In this document: positions 63,929-64,000 of the stretch, piece after piece
How positions within the stretch are numbered: position 1 is the stretch's first letter
How the letters are laid out: the number at the start of each line of letters is the position of its first letter
NCBI GenBank assembly: GCA_035500495.1
Contig: DATJXC010000015.1
Span: 13,439 to 77,438, forward strand
Length of the DNA stretch: 64,000 nucleotides
From: Gemmatimonadales bacterium
GTDB taxonomy: Bacteria > Gemmatimonadota > Gemmatimonadetes > Gemmatimonadales > GWC2-71-9
Direction: 5' to 3'
The notes under the pieces: model-generated
Told to the model about the DNA's origin: nothing
The model's database searches: none
Seen by the model: only the letters and a program-made list of their open reading frames with translations
Position numbers and translations under genes: made by a program

Positions 63929-64000
63929 GTGCCGTTCACCCCAGCGTCGCTCTATGGCTCTCCCAACGCGCTCTCCCCGCACTACTCGCGCTTCAAGGTC
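63929..64000 (+). CDS. 5' end of a further ORF (possibly a kynureninase-like PLP enzyme); runs off the window
   Basis: GTG 63929 opens VPFTPASLYGSPNALSPHYSRFKV…, 3 nt after the kynA stop. Only 24 codons are visible. The functional guess rests on context and a faint resemblance. Confidence 0.3.
   Translation, partial: MPFTPASLYGSPNALSPHYSRFKV

Noticed and set aside
55472-64000. The possibility that the Trp/anthranilate island is a horizontally acquired mobile element.
   Set aside because: It has no flanking tRNA, integrase, transposase or direct repeats within the window. By eye its base composition and codon style do not differ from the surrounding core genes. The right-hand boundary lies outside the window.

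Overview
This is a very GC-rich bacterial chromosomal segment with strong GC3 bias. It is almost entirely coding: about 70 genes, with intergenic space limited to a few gaps of 15-140 nt. I found no rRNA or tRNA genes, CRISPR arrays, transposases, integrases or phage genes.

Stop codons are rare at this GC content. As a result the supplied ORF track over-extends many N-termini (it also shows GTG and TTG starts as M) and lists many long antisense ORFs. I trimmed a start only where a recognisable family N-terminus coincided with a 4-nt stop/start overlap (ATGA or GTGA).

Content from left to right:
- (truB)-rbfA-DUF503-infB-ylxQ-nusA-rimP operon on the minus strand.
- pgeF and murA.
- A coupled four-gene envelope cassette: polytopic membrane protein, TM/coiled-coil protein, secreted Zn-phospholipase-C-like protein and a zinc-ribbon protein.
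- A lipoprotein-serS-histidine kinase-uvrD-gatCAB chain.
- Roadblock/LC7, receiver, manC and an LbH sugar nucleotidyltransferase.
- An HD-GYP plus HEAT-repeat pair.
- groESL with a CIRCE operator.
- A 22-gene same-strand array (27.7-49.8 kb). It holds NlpC/P60, coaX, birA, a UbiA-family gene, bshA, miaA, mutL, a complete MoxR-DUF58-BatA-E type operon, rluB, scpAB and an M50 protease.
- rpsT.
- pyrR-pyrB-pyrC plus an aldolase.
- From 55.5 kb, a catabolic island that couples tryptophan 2,3-dioxygenase to a 2-aminobenzoyl-CoA type pathway.

Most of the window is ordinary core genome. Three candidates look under-described:
- An unassigned ~100-aa N-terminal module ('LYPxGHP') is shared by the HD-GYP enzyme and two HEAT-repeat proteins, one of which heads the MoxR/Bat operon.
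- The Trp/anthranilate-CoA island contains a creatininase-family hydrolase and a RidA protein with no assigned step.
- An outer-membrane beta-barrel is fused to an NlpC/P60 hydrolase.

None of these can be shown to be a novel system from sequence alone. All family assignments rest on motifs I recognise by eye, not on database searches.
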